Source: a virus. Taken from it: 64,000 nt of DNA. Positions 1 to 9,776 of this stretch are shown piece after piece (the stretch's first letter is position 1; each line of letters opens with the position of its first letter). Made by a program: the position numbers and the translations under genes. Location of the stretch: positions 1 through 64,000 of the IMG/VR virus record IMGVR_UViG_3300028610_001072. One strand, given 5' to 3'. The notes beneath the pieces are model-generated. The model made no database searches. It saw only the letters and a list, made by a program, of their open reading frames with translations, and was not told the origin of the DNA.

Positions 1-18
1 ATATCTGCTGTGCATCAT

Positions 19-426
19 TCATGCTGGGACCTCAAACTTTTCCAGTAATGTATTGATGGTGTCGCGCAGTCGGGTAAGTTCCTCACGATCTTGGATTGCC
101 GATACATCAGCACCTTTCCCAAGGAATAGGGCCGGGAAAATAATCTGCACATGCTCTCTTATTTTAAGTAGAGTTTGGGCAAACTCATTAGGTAAAAATC
201 TTTCCTCGCCCTTGATTACCAATAATGATTTATCCGTGAGTTCGATAGCGCTCACTTCGGCATCGCCCACCGGAAGGACAGGGGGACGGATTCCTGTACG
301 CATTTCAATGGCATCCTCTATCATTATTCTCTTCTCTATTGGCATTTCCCGGTGGATTACAACGATGGTTTTATCCGTGATCTCAATCGTGGCTATCTGC
401 TTCATTAGAATTAAATCGTTCTTCAT
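19..426 (-). CDS. Hypothetical protein with internal two-fold repeat
   Basis: 135-aa ORF with ATAGGGAA RBS; repeat IEITDKTIVVI...VGDAEVSA / IELTDKSLLVI...GKGADVSA. Confidence 0.6.
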   Translation of the reverse strand: MKNDLILMKQIATIEITDKTIVVIHREMPIEKRIMIEDAIEMRTGIRPPVLPVGDAEVSAIELTDKSLLVIKGEERFLPNEFAQTLLKIREHVQIIFPALFLGKGADVSAIQDREELTRLRDTINTLLEKFEVPA

Positions 427-434
427 ATTATTCC

Positions 435-1703
435 CTATGCTGCTTTCCCTATTTTGATGTGTGGATTAGCCTTCAGGAATTCAGCATGTTCTGCTTTTGA
501 TTTGTCGTCAACAGCGAATTCCACCCGGCCATTCTTCAGGTAGTACAGGTCAGGTATCCACTCTGACCACCGGCACCGGCAATTTGGATGCAGGGGAAGC
601 ACCGGCATTGCTTGCTCATGGTGCTCTCGATCCCGCATTTTATGGTTCTCGATCTTACGACCAGAGAGGCCACGACCAACATTACTCTTACCTACCCAAA
701 TTTCATTCTCCCAGCGTTCCGTCACCCCTCGGTATTCCTTCGAGGTTGGGTCCAGCCCTTCAGGACTCGGCGGCGGTTTGTGCGTTACCCGGTAAATCTT
801 TTTATGGACGTGGCTCTCGCAATATTGGCAGGCGTCAGCATGGCTATTCCCCAGCACATAACCGCCTTCCGGTTGACTGGCAATAAATCCATCACTGGCA
901 GACCTGTTAGCCTCAGTTATCGCCACCCGCTCCCAGTCCCGGTTTAAAACTGAATTCTCACTGAGCGCCATGTCCCGCATTAGTTTCCGAGCCAGCTCCC
1001 CTCGAGATGTCCGGTTCTGAATACCCTCGAGGATAATGTTTTGAATCTGCCCCTTCGCCCGGTTGGTTACTCCAGTGATATTCATACTGGCGTACTGGTA
1101 TGCAAACTTTATTGCATTCACCTCGATAGGATTGAGCTTCAGTAGCATGATCGCATCGCGCAGGGTCTTGGGAAGCTTCGAGAGGTCGATCTTGATTTTC
1201 TTCCCCATCAACTCTTTACCGGACAATTTGGCGGCGGTGGCTGACTGGACAATAATCTTCTGTACCTTGGCCCGGTCCACATGCAGAGCGTTCATCAATA
1301 TACCCTCGAGCCGGTTCATATCCTCATCTGAGAGCGGTTCGCCGTTGGCTTGGTACAGGACCTTGGCTTTTGATTTGATCAGCGAGAATGACCGACGCTG
1401 GTATGATTTGACCATTGTTTGGGGCAGCCCTAAATCCTTCAGGATCGCACTGATGATTCCTTTAGCATCCCACAGGGCATAGAACTCTTTTTCCAGCTCC
1501 CAGATCACCGGGTCCAGATGTGGTGCCGTGATCCGTTCACCCTTGGCCGCCTTATGCAGATCGTACTCCTGAGCATAGCCGTTCAGCTTCAATGCCTTGG
1601 ACATCTCATCTACCGCTTGGCGGCGGATTGATTCGTCAGCGGATATTAGTCGGGCTGGTATCTGGAGTTCTAACTTCATTTTCTTCTTCATCGTCTTCAT
1701 CAT
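435..1703 (-). CDS. Phage head morphogenesis protein (SPP1 gp7 / Mu gpF-like)
   Basis: Directly after portal; RVAITEANR, ACQYC and PLHPNCRCRW motifs. True start may be 1679. Confidence 0.85.
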   Translation of the reverse strand: MMKTMKKKMKLELQIPARLISADESIRRQAVDEMSKALKLNGYAQEYDLHKAAKGERITAPHLDPVIWELEKEFYALWDAKGIISAILKDLGLPQTMVKSYQRRSFSLIKSKAKVLYQANGEPLSDEDMNRLEGILMNALHVDRAKVQKIIVQSATAAKLSGKELMGKKIKIDLSKLPKTLRDAIMLLKLNPIEVNAIKFAYQYASMNITGVTNRAKGQIQNIILEGIQNRTSRGELARKLMRDMALSENSVLNRDWERVAITEANRSASDGFIASQPEGGYVLGNSHADACQYCESHVHKKIYRVTHKPPPSPEGLDPTSKEYRGVTERWENEIWVGKSNVGRGLSGRKIENHKMRDREHHEQAMPVLPLHPNCRCRWSEWIPDLYYLKNGRVEFAVDDKSKAEHAEFLKANPHIKIGKAA

Positions 1704-3684
1704 TTAGGATTGTAATAGCCACAATTGCCTTGTTGAGATTTTCATTGCCGGAGCGGCGTTCCTTACCTTGCTTGGTGGCTTTACCGTTACCGTTGGGGGA
1801 TGCCTTCTGGCCGGGTGGTAGATCACTACCCCCGCTGGGATCGGCAAACTGTTCGCCCCCTATGTAATCCCTGCCACCTTCACCATCGCCTTCCTCACCG
1901 GGGAACATTCCCATACCCATCTGCTCCTGCTGCTTAGCCTGTAGAGCTGCGGTGATGAGCTGTATGAATTGGTCATTGCTCGAGCCGGGGAGATCGTAGA
2001 TATTTATCCCTGCTATCTCCAGTTCCGCTTCCTTTTTGTCAGCGGCCACTAGCAGATCATTCATTGATTCGGTGGTAGCAAGTCCTTGGAGTTCGAGCTC
2101 TTTTTTCTTGCCTTCATCCTCGACATCCAATCCGAGAAAGGCCCATTGTAACCCCTCGATACCGGTGAGCTCTTCGACAATCATACTGCTGTTGATAATC
2201 TCTCGAAAATAGTTTAAGAAAAACCTCAGCCCTTCATCCTGTGACCGGACTACCGCGCCTTCCTCTTCGCTTTTACTGAATAACTTCTGCTTACCCAGTG
2301 TGTTTTTCTGGGATGCCAAACTGATGCTCTCCGGGGACATTCCCGCGAAGGTACACAGGATTGAGAATAGTGTTGATACCCACAGGAAATCTTCCATTTC
2401 CTTGGATGAGTCGTGGAACTTGATAAAGCTGGGCTTCACTCCCTTGGGTGTACCGAGCACTGGATATTTCCAATGATCCTTCCGCCCGGATGCCATACCC
2501 CAGATCAGCTTCCTGAAGAGTTCCATTTCTTCACGACTGAAGCCGTCTTCCGTGGCTCCCTCGATGGCGATCATTCCCTTGGGCATTGTCCCGGTACTAC
2601 GGCGGGTGTAGTTGTAGATAATACTGTCAACGATGTAGCGCAGTATCTCCAGACCTTTTTCAATGATGCTATAGCCTTGGAACTGCTCCTCGATATTGGT
2701 GGTGCCGAAGGCATGGCTCAGGATCATATTTTCATCGGTATAGCCAGCCCGGCGTTCCTTATGGCGGTCTACCTGAATATATCGGATTTCATCGATGTAC
2801 TCCATGTGTATGCCGGAATTCTCGAGAGCCTTGGTATAATCGGCTTTGTCCCAGCGCCAACTATCTACCCCTGTATTAGTCCGGTTGGTGGTTGGTACTA
2901 CATGAAAAATCGTACCGGCGTCCTGCAATACCCAGCCTAATGGCTTTCCCCGGAAGTCGAATTTTTTATCCAGACTTCCTCGTTGTCTCACGGTTTCAAT
3001 TGCAATCTTATCCAGATCGAAAAAGTCCTGATACCCATAGCATAGGAATTTTGTCAGGCTTGGCCGCTCTTCATTTGGCACGAAGAAAAACTGCCGGGCA
3101 AATACATTTTGGAACTTGGCTATGGTATCCTGCTCTTTTTTCGTAGCCTTCCGCTCAGGGTCAATGAACTCCAGCGCAAAGCCCGGTTTTTTCCCGTCGG
3201 AAGCAGTAGCGAATTCTGCCAATTGGTGATACCGGTATTGCTTGATCATCTGAGGTGCTGCGCTGGTCCCCGCCCGGCGCAATAACACTGGCTTTACCCG
3301 CTCATGGGGGAAGTCATAATTGTCCACACTATCCCGGTGAATATCCGGGTCAATCTGCATGGTCATCATCATGTTGGTGAAATTGCTGACCTGCCGTTTC
3401 AGTATCTCGTTGGATGCCTTGCCCTTCATCATCTCGTCGTACTCAGCACGGGCAGCCGGATCGGTTTTCAGTATCTGATCCAAATCGGCAATATCATCCT
3501 TATTAACCGCTAGGAATGCTTTCACTAATGGCATGGTTTGCCCGGATAGTTCAGCTCCCATTTTTTCAACGGCTGGGCCGCCACCGGCGATTAATTTCTC
3601 AGCCATATCATCAAGGGCTTGGCGGTTTGCAAATTGATCTGGGGCTTCCCAGTCTTCGCGGTCAGTCTTTGTTGTGTCATTCAT
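1636..3684 (-). CDS. Portal protein
   Basis: GYSIIE, PKGMI, KEMEDFLW...AGMSPESI, SQDEGLRFFL motifs resemble SPO1/K-like myovirus portals; position between terL and head morphogenesis; start set at ATG 3684 after GGAG RBS. Confidence 0.85.
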   Translation of the reverse strand: MNDTTKTDREDWEAPDQFANRQALDDMAEKLIAGGGPAVEKMGAELSGQTMPLVKAFLAVNKDDIADLDQILKTDPAARAEYDEMMKGKASNEILKRQVSNFTNMMMTMQIDPDIHRDSVDNYDFPHERVKPVLLRRAGTSAAPQMIKQYRYHQLAEFATASDGKKPGFALEFIDPERKATKKEQDTIAKFQNVFARQFFFVPNEERPSLTKFLCYGYQDFFDLDKIAIETVRQRGSLDKKFDFRGKPLGWVLQDAGTIFHVVPTTNRTNTGVDSWRWDKADYTKALENSGIHMEYIDEIRYIQVDRHKERRAGYTDENMILSHAFGTTNIEEQFQGYSIIEKGLEILRYIVDSIIYNYTRRSTGTMPKGMIAIEGATEDGFSREEMELFRKLIWGMASGRKDHWKYPVLGTPKGVKPSFIKFHDSSKEMEDFLWVSTLFSILCTFAGMSPESISLASQKNTLGKQKLFSKSEEEGAVVRSQDEGLRFFLNYFREIINSSMIVEELTGIEGLQWAFLGLDVEDEGKKKELELQGLATTESMNDLLVAADKKEAELEIAGINIYDLPGSSNDQFIQLITAALQAKQQEQMGMGMFPGEEGDGEGGRDYIGGEQFADPSGGSDLPPGQKASPNGNGKATKQGKERRSGNENLNKAIVAITILNDEDDEEENEVRTPDTSPTNIR

Positions 3685-3792
3685 AATTTCTCCGAAAATG
3701 CAAAAAAGTTCCGGGGACGCAGACACGCCACTTGGAACTTTTGCCGCCTGAAGTTAGATGATCTCGCGTTATTATGCCATCTCTAATTTTAC

Positions 3793-4131
3793 TCATGCCT
3801 GATTCTTTATGGCCGTTGAGAGGGCTTCTTCTACCGTATCGCCCCGGCCCCCGGATTTGATATATGATCTCACATGGTCTGTAATCACTGCCAGCAGGTT
3901 GACTGATGGTTCCTTGAAATCTTCCGGTACATCGAACTTGATTTCATAGGCTTTTACATCCTGCATGTGGGGGATCGCCTGACAGTGGAATCCCAATGTC
4001 ATAGCGCCATCCTGTTGCACCAGTGAGATCGTGACGTTGTAGCCAATCAATTTCCTGATCCGCTCCATGAATTCATAGATGTCCCAGAACTCGTTTTTGT
4101 ACTTCGGCTGCTTGGCAATCTTTTTAGCCAT
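3793..4131 (-). CDS. Hypothetical protein
   Basis: ORF with GAGGGGG RBS before ATG 4131; overlaps the stop of the upstream gene. Confidence 0.55.
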   Translation of the reverse strand: MAKKIAKQPKYKNEFWDIYEFMERIRKLIGYNVTISLVQQDGAMTLGFHCQAIPHMQDVKAYEIKFDVPEDFKEPSVNLLAVITDHVRSYIKSGGRGDTVEEALSTAIKNQA

Positions 4132-4321
4132 CTGGTCCCCCCTCTGTATCCACACCTTTCAACGGTGCGCTATACCCATCATATATCATTCTACCACCTA
4201 CTCGATAGAAGTAATGGGCGGTTTTGTTGCTGTCTATTATAATGAGATCGTAGTTCTCTGAGGTATATACCATGATAGGGGTTGCCGATTCTATTTTTTG
4301 AATTAATCTTCTCATATCCAT
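4124..4321 (-). CDS. Hypothetical protein
   Basis: 65-aa ORF tiling with neighbours. Confidence 0.45.
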   Translation of the reverse strand: MDMRRLIQKIESATPIMVYTSENYDLIIIDSNKTAHYFYRVGGRMIYDGYSAPLKGVDTEGGPDG

Positions 4322-4393
4322 TTCATATCCGGGGCCTCTCGTCCTAAAAGACCCCGGAAGACCCTATTTTATTTTCAACTCATATTGAGCTGG

Positions 4394-4867
4394 TTACGAT
4401 GCCTTTTTCTTCTGAGCCGGGATTGGGAAAATCTCGGTCTGCCTGCCAACATCCTTAAGGACGTTCTCAGCTTCTTTCATCAGCTTCAGGACCTTGAACC
4501 GGCATTCCTCAGTAATTGATTCGTGGGCCTCACCACCTGATTTGAGGTGTGGACCGTTGAGCGTCATGTGCTGGCCGCAGTTTAAGGTGATGACCGATTG
4601 GATGCTCACACCGATACCGCCATCGCTTTGATGGGATACACTGACGCCAGCCACCCTGATGCGTTTACTGTACTGATCGTCCGGCAACTCAGCATGTACC
4701 GGCACGTCAACGGCTAATGCCTTTAGGCACTTCAGGAAGGCGTTGTGTGGCACCTGTCCGCTTTTAAACGTTGCCTCGTACTTGTCATCCTCGGTGCCAT
4801 CAATAGGCATATCCCACTTGATGATTAAGCCCTTGCTGTCGTATTTGATTACTCTGTATTCTCGCAT
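4394..4867 (-). CDS. Hypothetical protein
   Basis: 157-aa ORF, TAGGGGA RBS. Confidence 0.6.
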   Translation of the reverse strand: MREYRVIKYDSKGLIIKWDMPIDGTEDDKYEATFKSGQVPHNAFLKCLKALAVDVPVHAELPDDQYSKRIRVAGVSVSHQSDGGIGVSIQSVITLNCGQHMTLNGPHLKSGGEAHESITEECRFKVLKLMKEAENVLKDVGRQTEIFPIPAQKKKAS

Positions 4868-4869
4868 GG

Positions 4870-5112
4870 TTAGTCCCCTATGGTTGGTTTTATGGTACTC
4901 TTGAACTTATCGAAAAACACTTCCGGTGATTGCCGGTAAAATTCGCACAGCCGGACAAAGGTGTCTATGGTTGGTGTGGTATCGCCATTGATGATTGTAT
5001 ATACTCCCGGCGTTGTTAGATTGGTCCCTTTGGCAATATCGTTATAGGTGTGTGCATTTGCCATTCGCAGGTCCTGCATCCGCCGCTTGAAGTATTTTTT
5101 ATTGAATTTCAT
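4870..5112 (-). CDS. XRE/Cro-family HTH transcriptional regulator
   Basis: LRMANAHTYNDIAKGTNLTTPGVYTIINGDTTPTIDTFVRLCEFY fits the HTH_XRE pattern. Confidence 0.8.
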   Translation of the reverse strand: MKFNKKYFKRRMQDLRMANAHTYNDIAKGTNLTTPGVYTIINGDTTPTIDTFVRLCEFYRQSPEVFFDKFKSTIKPTIGD

Positions 5113-5405
5113 TTCTTAACCTCGTCAGGTTCCCACCATGCTATCAGGCAGGGATACCGTTTGGTTCGTTGTACTTTCTCTTTGGCATATTTCATAATCG
5201 GGATTCCCCCGACGGTGATCTCTGTAATTGTTTTCTCTGATAAATCCCACGCATTAATTATTGTGTCCGTGAGGGTTGGGTTGGTGACTCCGTGATCCGC
5301 CAACCGTTTTAGTTTCCGCCTTCCCAGTTCCCGGTATGCCAAGACTGCCTGACTGCATCTCTCCGCTGCGATGATCGTGTGGTCGTTGACTAGGAAGAGC
5401 TTCAT
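5109..5405 (-). CDS. Hypothetical protein
   Basis: 98-aa ORF, ATGA overlap with downstream gene. Confidence 0.55.
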   Translation of the reverse strand: MKLFLVNDHTIIAAERCSQAVLAYRELGRRKLKRLADHGVTNPTLTDTIINAWDLSEKTITEITVGGIPIMKYAKEKVQRTKRYPCLIAWWEPDEVKK

Positions 5406-5606
5406 TCATTGTGGCCTCTTTATACTGTGGAGAAGATCACCTGTTAATACTATATTATTGACTCCTCTTCCTAGCTTCTGGCTTTGTCGAAAATTGTATC
5501 GCGTCATGCCGGTTGGAAACATATTATTCTCATCCATGCACTGTTCACACTGGGGAGAAAATTTCTTATGTTTTTTACAGGCCACTCGGATTACTGTGGT
5601 GCTCAT
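5406..5606 (-). CDS. Small Cys-containing hypothetical protein
   Basis: 66-aa ORF with AAGGA RBS just downstream of the tRNA. Confidence 0.45.
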   Translation of the reverse strand: MSTTVIRVACKKHKKFSPQCEQCMDENNMFPTGMTRYNFRQSQKLGRGVNNIVLTGDLLHSIKRPQ

Positions 5607-5627
5607 ATTATCGGTTCCTTATTGTTT

Positions 5628-5705
5628 TGGGGTGCAAGGGGGGAGTCGAACCCCCAATCTCTCGGGCCACAACCGAGTGGCTTTACCAATTTGCCCACAA
5701 GCACC
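5628..5705 (-). tRNA. tRNA-His (GUG)
   Basis: Minus strand folds as a cloverleaf: anticodon stem CTCGG/CCGAG with loop TTGTGGC, T-arm GGGGG-TTCGACT-CCCCC, encoded CCA, G-1 and C73 His identity elements. Confidence 0.92.
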
Positions 5706-5712
5706 ATAATTC

Positions 5713-7923
5713 TCATATTATCAGATTCCTTTTGGTTGTTACCTTGAGGTCGGCTCGGAGATCGGATTCCGTCTGCCCTAGATGCTGGTCAATATCCTGA
5801 GCAAGCTGCTCCATACCGCCGCTTATAAGTGATGTGCTCTGGGGAGTTACCTTACCGCTTCGCTCGATACCCAACTTTGCCATCCGGGAGTTGAGAGTAT
5901 TCACCCACTTGACCCAACTCTGGTAAAGCATATCCACCATTGGCTCTGACCATTTCACCTTGTACCGTGCCCTGAGCCAGATGCGCATCTCAGCATTATT
6001 GCTCGGTTTCTTCTGGTTGGTATCGACAAAATCTTTGTAGGCTATATCGAACAGGATTAGCATTTGATCCAGCTCTTTATCCACATCCTCTTCAGAGTCT
6101 TCCCCTACATCGATGCTGAGCCGCTTGCCTTGGTAGCCATACTGGCAGATCAGATTATTGCAGATCACGGTTGCGTCCCAGACATCCTTTGAACCACCAT
6201 CCGGGTGATCGATCTTGTGATTGCCCTCGAGAATGATTTGGTGCATTTCAGTTTGCAGTAGATCATGGTCCAGATACTCGACTGCATTATTCCATACCAG
6301 ATGCCGGAACAATCGCCCATAGAGTAGCTGCATTGCATTTGTGAATGATAGCCGCTCGCAATTACCCACTCCCACATCCAGCGCCTTTTGCCGGATGCTC
6401 TCTGTCTGGAAGCTGTCAAAGTGGAAGGCCCGGCTCCGGGGGAAATGATCCCGGAACATCTTCATCATAACATCTTCTACATTCATGTAGTCGATCCCCC
6501 AGCCCGGCTTCTTCGCTTCCCAAACAAGTATAATGTCGATCACCGGCCTGCAATCGATGGTGGTTTCCTTGACCTCTTCAATACCTTCCTTGGTGCGGAC
6601 ATGGTAAGTGAAGGTAGCCACGTCCCGGTCCATCTTTTCAGGGTAGCCGCCCACTATGACCAGCCGGTCCTTATTGATCGCATAGTCGCCGCCCCAGTAT
6701 CGGTCCCGATTATCTCCGACTACTTTCAGGAGCTCCAGTGCGGTGTATGGGACTCGCTTCGGCTCCCCCTTGACTACCTCGTCACGGTGGGTAATGACTT
6801 CCTTCACCTGCACCGGTGATACCAGTTTGGGATTGGCACAATCATTGATCTTGCCAAAGTGAGGCATGAAGAATCCAAATACATTCGGGGGAACTATGGC
6901 CCGCCAGCGGCGGTCGGCATCGATTGGGTCTTTCGCTCGATCCTCTTTATAGGCGGCCTTTTTCGCTTTCTGGTCCTTATTGTTGAATACATACGTTGCA
7001 TACCATGCAGTCAGCACACCGTTGACAATTTCCATCTTGTTCTCTTTCGGAGCCTTGGAATAATAGTCGAAGGTCTCCACCAACAGGTCATTCACTTCCT
7101 GCTCGGGATATGCGAACATTATGGTTAATCGGTGATGGGGATTTGTGAAGCGGGTTTTCTGGTTGGTGTAGGCAGTTTTATATTGATGAGCGGCCACTGC
7201 AAATTTGGCACTGGTATTGGCCCGGCTCGGTTCATCCTCGATGGTGATCCAGATCGTATAACCTTCAACTGATTTGGCCGTCGTATCCAAGCAGTACACC
7301 CGGATGTCTCCGTACAGGTCATTACGGTTGGGGATGATCATCTCTTTTTCTTTGATGTCCCCTTGGCCGAACTGCTTCAGCCTGAAGCCTTGGTGCTCTG
7401 CGAACCAGTTATTGCCGCTGATGGGATCGCGGGTCAACCTTATGATGTCCCCCAGCGATCTATAGAATACGTTTTTGGCCTGCTGGGCATTCACCTGTGA
7501 ATAGTTCAGGATGTCGAATGGCTCATTGTGGGCCAGTCCGAAATAACTATGTGGGTCTTCGAGGCAGCACCAGAGATATATCGCATACACTACGATCCGG
7601 GACACAGTGAAATTCTTTCCGCCACCTTGACCGATTTTCAGGATGGCCTGCTCGACTGCGAAAAACCATTTGGCTGGGTCCTTGCCGAATATCCCATTGA
7701 TGACTTTTTTCTGGGCCTCTGATAGTGATTTGGTGCCGATGAATGTTTCGATGAATTCAATAGGTCCGACGGGATCAGTGCGCCACAATCGGCCTGATCG
7801 CTCTTGGTACTCAGCCTCAGCCATACGGCCAGCTTCCCGCTCATAGAACGCCATCTCTTGCGGGAGCTCACTCGCTGATTGAGACAAGTTTGGTGAAGTA
7901 GGTGTCCTTGTTATTCCGTTCAT
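5713..7923 (-). CDS. terL: Terminase large subunit
   Basis: Walker A IGQGGGKNF, Walker B ITIEDEPSR, C-terminal nuclease KIDHPDGGSKDVWDA; upstream of portal. True start may be 7854. Confidence 0.92.
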   Translation of the reverse strand: MNGITRTPTSPNLSQSASELPQEMAFYEREAGRMAEAEYQERSGRLWRTDPVGPIEFIETFIGTKSLSEAQKKVINGIFGKDPAKWFFAVEQAILKIGQGGGKNFTVSRIVVYAIYLWCCLEDPHSYFGLAHNEPFDILNYSQVNAQQAKNVFYRSLGDIIRLTRDPISGNNWFAEHQGFRLKQFGQGDIKEKEMIIPNRNDLYGDIRVYCLDTTAKSVEGYTIWITIEDEPSRANTSAKFAVAAHQYKTAYTNQKTRFTNPHHRLTIMFAYPEQEVNDLLVETFDYYSKAPKENKMEIVNGVLTAWYATYVFNNKDQKAKKAAYKEDRAKDPIDADRRWRAIVPPNVFGFFMPHFGKINDCANPKLVSPVQVKEVITHRDEVVKGEPKRVPYTALELLKVVGDNRDRYWGGDYAINKDRLVIVGGYPEKMDRDVATFTYHVRTKEGIEEVKETTIDCRPVIDIILVWEAKKPGWGIDYMNVEDVMMKMFRDHFPRSRAFHFDSFQTESIRQKALDVGVGNCERLSFTNAMQLLYGRLFRHLVWNNAVEYLDHDLLQTEMHQIILEGNHKIDHPDGGSKDVWDATVICNNLICQYGYQGKRLSIDVGEDSEEDVDKELDQMLILFDIAYKDFVDTNQKKPSNNAEMRIWLRARYKVKWSEPMVDMLYQSWVKWVNTLNSRMAKLGIERSGKVTPQSTSLISGGMEQLAQDIDQHLGQTESDLRADLKVTTKRNLII

Positions 7924-8860
7924 TGACCCGCTTTACGATGTTTTCCATTAGCTGATTGGCGAACTCTGGGGGAATCCTAAATTCTTTATCTTTGATGGTA
8001 ATTGGCTTCCTCACTTCCTCACCCACTGTTTCAATCAGTACCCGCCACAATTCAATGTACTGATGCAGGATGTCCTGATAACTGGCCCCCTCAAATAATT
8101 TCTGTGCTCGTAGCTCCATTCTATCTGTGATCGATCCGAAGTCCCGGCGCAACTTCGCGGTGTAATCCATGTACTGTGCGACTGTGATGTCGCAATCGTC
8201 ATAGAGCTTCTGGATGTGGGCTTCCATGTACCGGGTTTTCAAGAGGTCAAGCTGGATAGCCAACACTCTGGTTCCCGCAAAGTTTTCCATCTCTCCATTG
8301 ACGCCATCTAACAAACTTCCAAAGACCAATTTATATAACTCATCATCGTGATTGATCACATGATCCTCGAATGCCTTCAGGTAGACGTTGTGCCGGAGAT
8401 CATTCGGTCCCAGCACTTTCTCGATGGCTCGCATATCGGGCCGGATGTAGGTTTCTTTCATCCGAACCACAACCTTCAGCGTCTCCAGAACCTTGCCGGT
8501 CTCCTCGTCACGGATTTCCTCAGTGCTTTCATCCCTGAGAGTGACAACATGCCCCGAGAGGAGTTTGCCCAATCCATCCAGTGCCTTGATCATCTCCCCT
8601 TGGAATGCCCGCTCTTTAACCTTTTGGTGAGCGATACGCGCACGCGCAACAACGTCGCTAAGTTCGCTATACCTCTCAATCCATCTATAAAAAGTGGATC
8701 GGTGGACATTAAGCGCCTTATGACAGTCTTCTACCCGCCCTGTGTCAAATATAATATTTTCAACTGTTTGAAGCATCGACGGGTTGTAGGATACCCGTGA
8801 TTTGCGCGGTTTTGTTTTCGCTGGCAGCGACTTCTTACGACTTTTCGGTTTTTTTACCAT
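7868..8860 (-). CDS. Putative terminase small subunit (N-terminal HTH)
   Basis: Immediately upstream of terL; HTH VEDCHKALNVHRSTFYRWIERYSELSDVV. Confidence 0.7.
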   Translation of the reverse strand: MVKKPKSRKKSLPAKTKPRKSRVSYNPSMLQTVENIIFDTGRVEDCHKALNVHRSTFYRWIERYSELSDVVARARIAHQKVKERAFQGEMIKALDGLGKLLSGHVVTLRDESTEEIRDEETGKVLETLKVVVRMKETYIRPDMRAIEKVLGPNDLRHNVYLKAFEDHVINHDDELYKLVFGSLLDGVNGEMENFAGTRVLAIQLDLLKTRYMEAHIQKLYDDCDITVAQYMDYTAKLRRDFGSITDRMELRAQKLFEGASYQDILHQYIELWRVLIETVGEEVRKPITIKDKEFRIPPEFANQLMENIVKRVNERNNKDTYFTKLVSISE

Positions 8861-8908
8861 AGTCCCTATTCTCGGTATCGGATATTAACCAACAAGTCGC
8901 TTTAGTGC

Positions 8909-8945
8909 AAAAAAAAAGGGTGAGGCCGCTAAGCCCCACCCTTTT
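8909..8945 (-). terminator. Rho-independent terminator
   Basis: Minus strand AAAAGGGTGGGGC-loop-GCCTCACCC followed by T9; ends the accessory transcript before terS. Confidence 0.85.
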
Positions 8946-8961
8946 CGGTGGTAATCTGGAG

Positions 8962-9138
8962 TCAATCCCTCATCCCTTGCGGGGGTGCTGCTGACTGCCG
9001 GGTCCGTTTGCCGGTGTGTTGTTCGCCATCCTTATGACTGGCCTTTTCCTCAGACTGATCGCTGGATTCGTCTCCAGAGTCACTACCTTCGCCGTCAGTT
9101 TCCGATTCAGTAGTCTCGGTTTTTTCCTCATCGCTCAT
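8962..9138 (-). CDS. Small acidic protein (58 aa; below ORF-track cut-off)
   Basis: Manual translation MSDEEKTETTESETDGEGSDSGDESSDQSEEKASHKDGEQHTGKRTRQSAAPPQGMRD; AAAGGA RBS. Confidence 0.55.
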   Translation of the reverse strand: MSDEEKTETTESETDGEGSDSGDESSDQSEEKASHKDGEQHTGKRTRQSAAPPQGMRD

Positions 9139-9176
9139 GGTATGATCCTTTCCTGTTTACGTTGACTGAGCGTTCA

Positions 9177-9428
9177 CTAGGTTGGCATATCAGGGGTATG
9201 CACTGTGGAAGGATGCTCGGCTTGCCATTGTTCCATCGCAGTGGCCTGTCTGATACAGGCTCCTATCATAGCATCACTTGCCCCTTGCTTGGCGGCTTGG
9301 TTTGCATATTCCCTCACTGCGTTAGGTGCCGCAGGGTCCTGCCCCCTGATTAAGAATACAGGCTCGTCTTCCGGGATGATATTCTCCGGGTCCTGTATCC
9401 TGTTGTAATCCTCTCTGGCATGTTTCAC
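9177..9428 (-). CDS. Small conserved-type phage protein (DEPVFLIRGQD motif)
   Basis: 83-aa ORF, GTG start with AAAGGA RBS; DEPVFxxRxQDxxA motif recalled from other phage proteins. Confidence 0.6.
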   Translation of the reverse strand: MKHAREDYNRIQDPENIIPEDEPVFLIRGQDPAAPNAVREYANQAAKQGASDAMIGACIRQATAMEQWQAEHPSTVHTPDMPT

Positions 9429-9443
9429 GTCGATCCTTTCTTA

Positions 9444-9776
9444 TTAACGTTGACTGGTGTTCATTAAACTCTTCTTCGATAAAATCTCTTCCACTTCCTG
9501 ATATGTTTTCGACTTCCGGCATGGCCTGCATGTTACCTGATCGAGATCGCTTAATTTCTCTGGCTCTCCCTTATCAGCTATTGATTCCCCGAAATCCATA
9601 TCGTCTGCAATTAGAGCCGATGCACAGGAGTCTCTGCCACAGCCGGTGATCCCCCCAATATTGAATAATTTACTCTCTTTTAGGGTATCAACCAGATGAT
9701 ACTTGGACATATCCGGCATCATGCCATACTTCATGCGGCCAGCCCATGCGATTATATAGAATCTTGGCTCATCCAT
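9444..9776 (-). CDS. Hypothetical Cys-containing protein
   Basis: 110 aa; TGCG and VTCRPC motifs; overlaps upstream stop. Confidence 0.55.
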   Translation of the reverse strand: MDEPRFYIIAWAGRMKYGMMPDMSKYHLVDTLKESKLFNIGGITGCGRDSCASALIADDMDFGESIADKGEPEKLSDLDQVTCRPCRKSKTYQEVEEILSKKSLMNTSQR

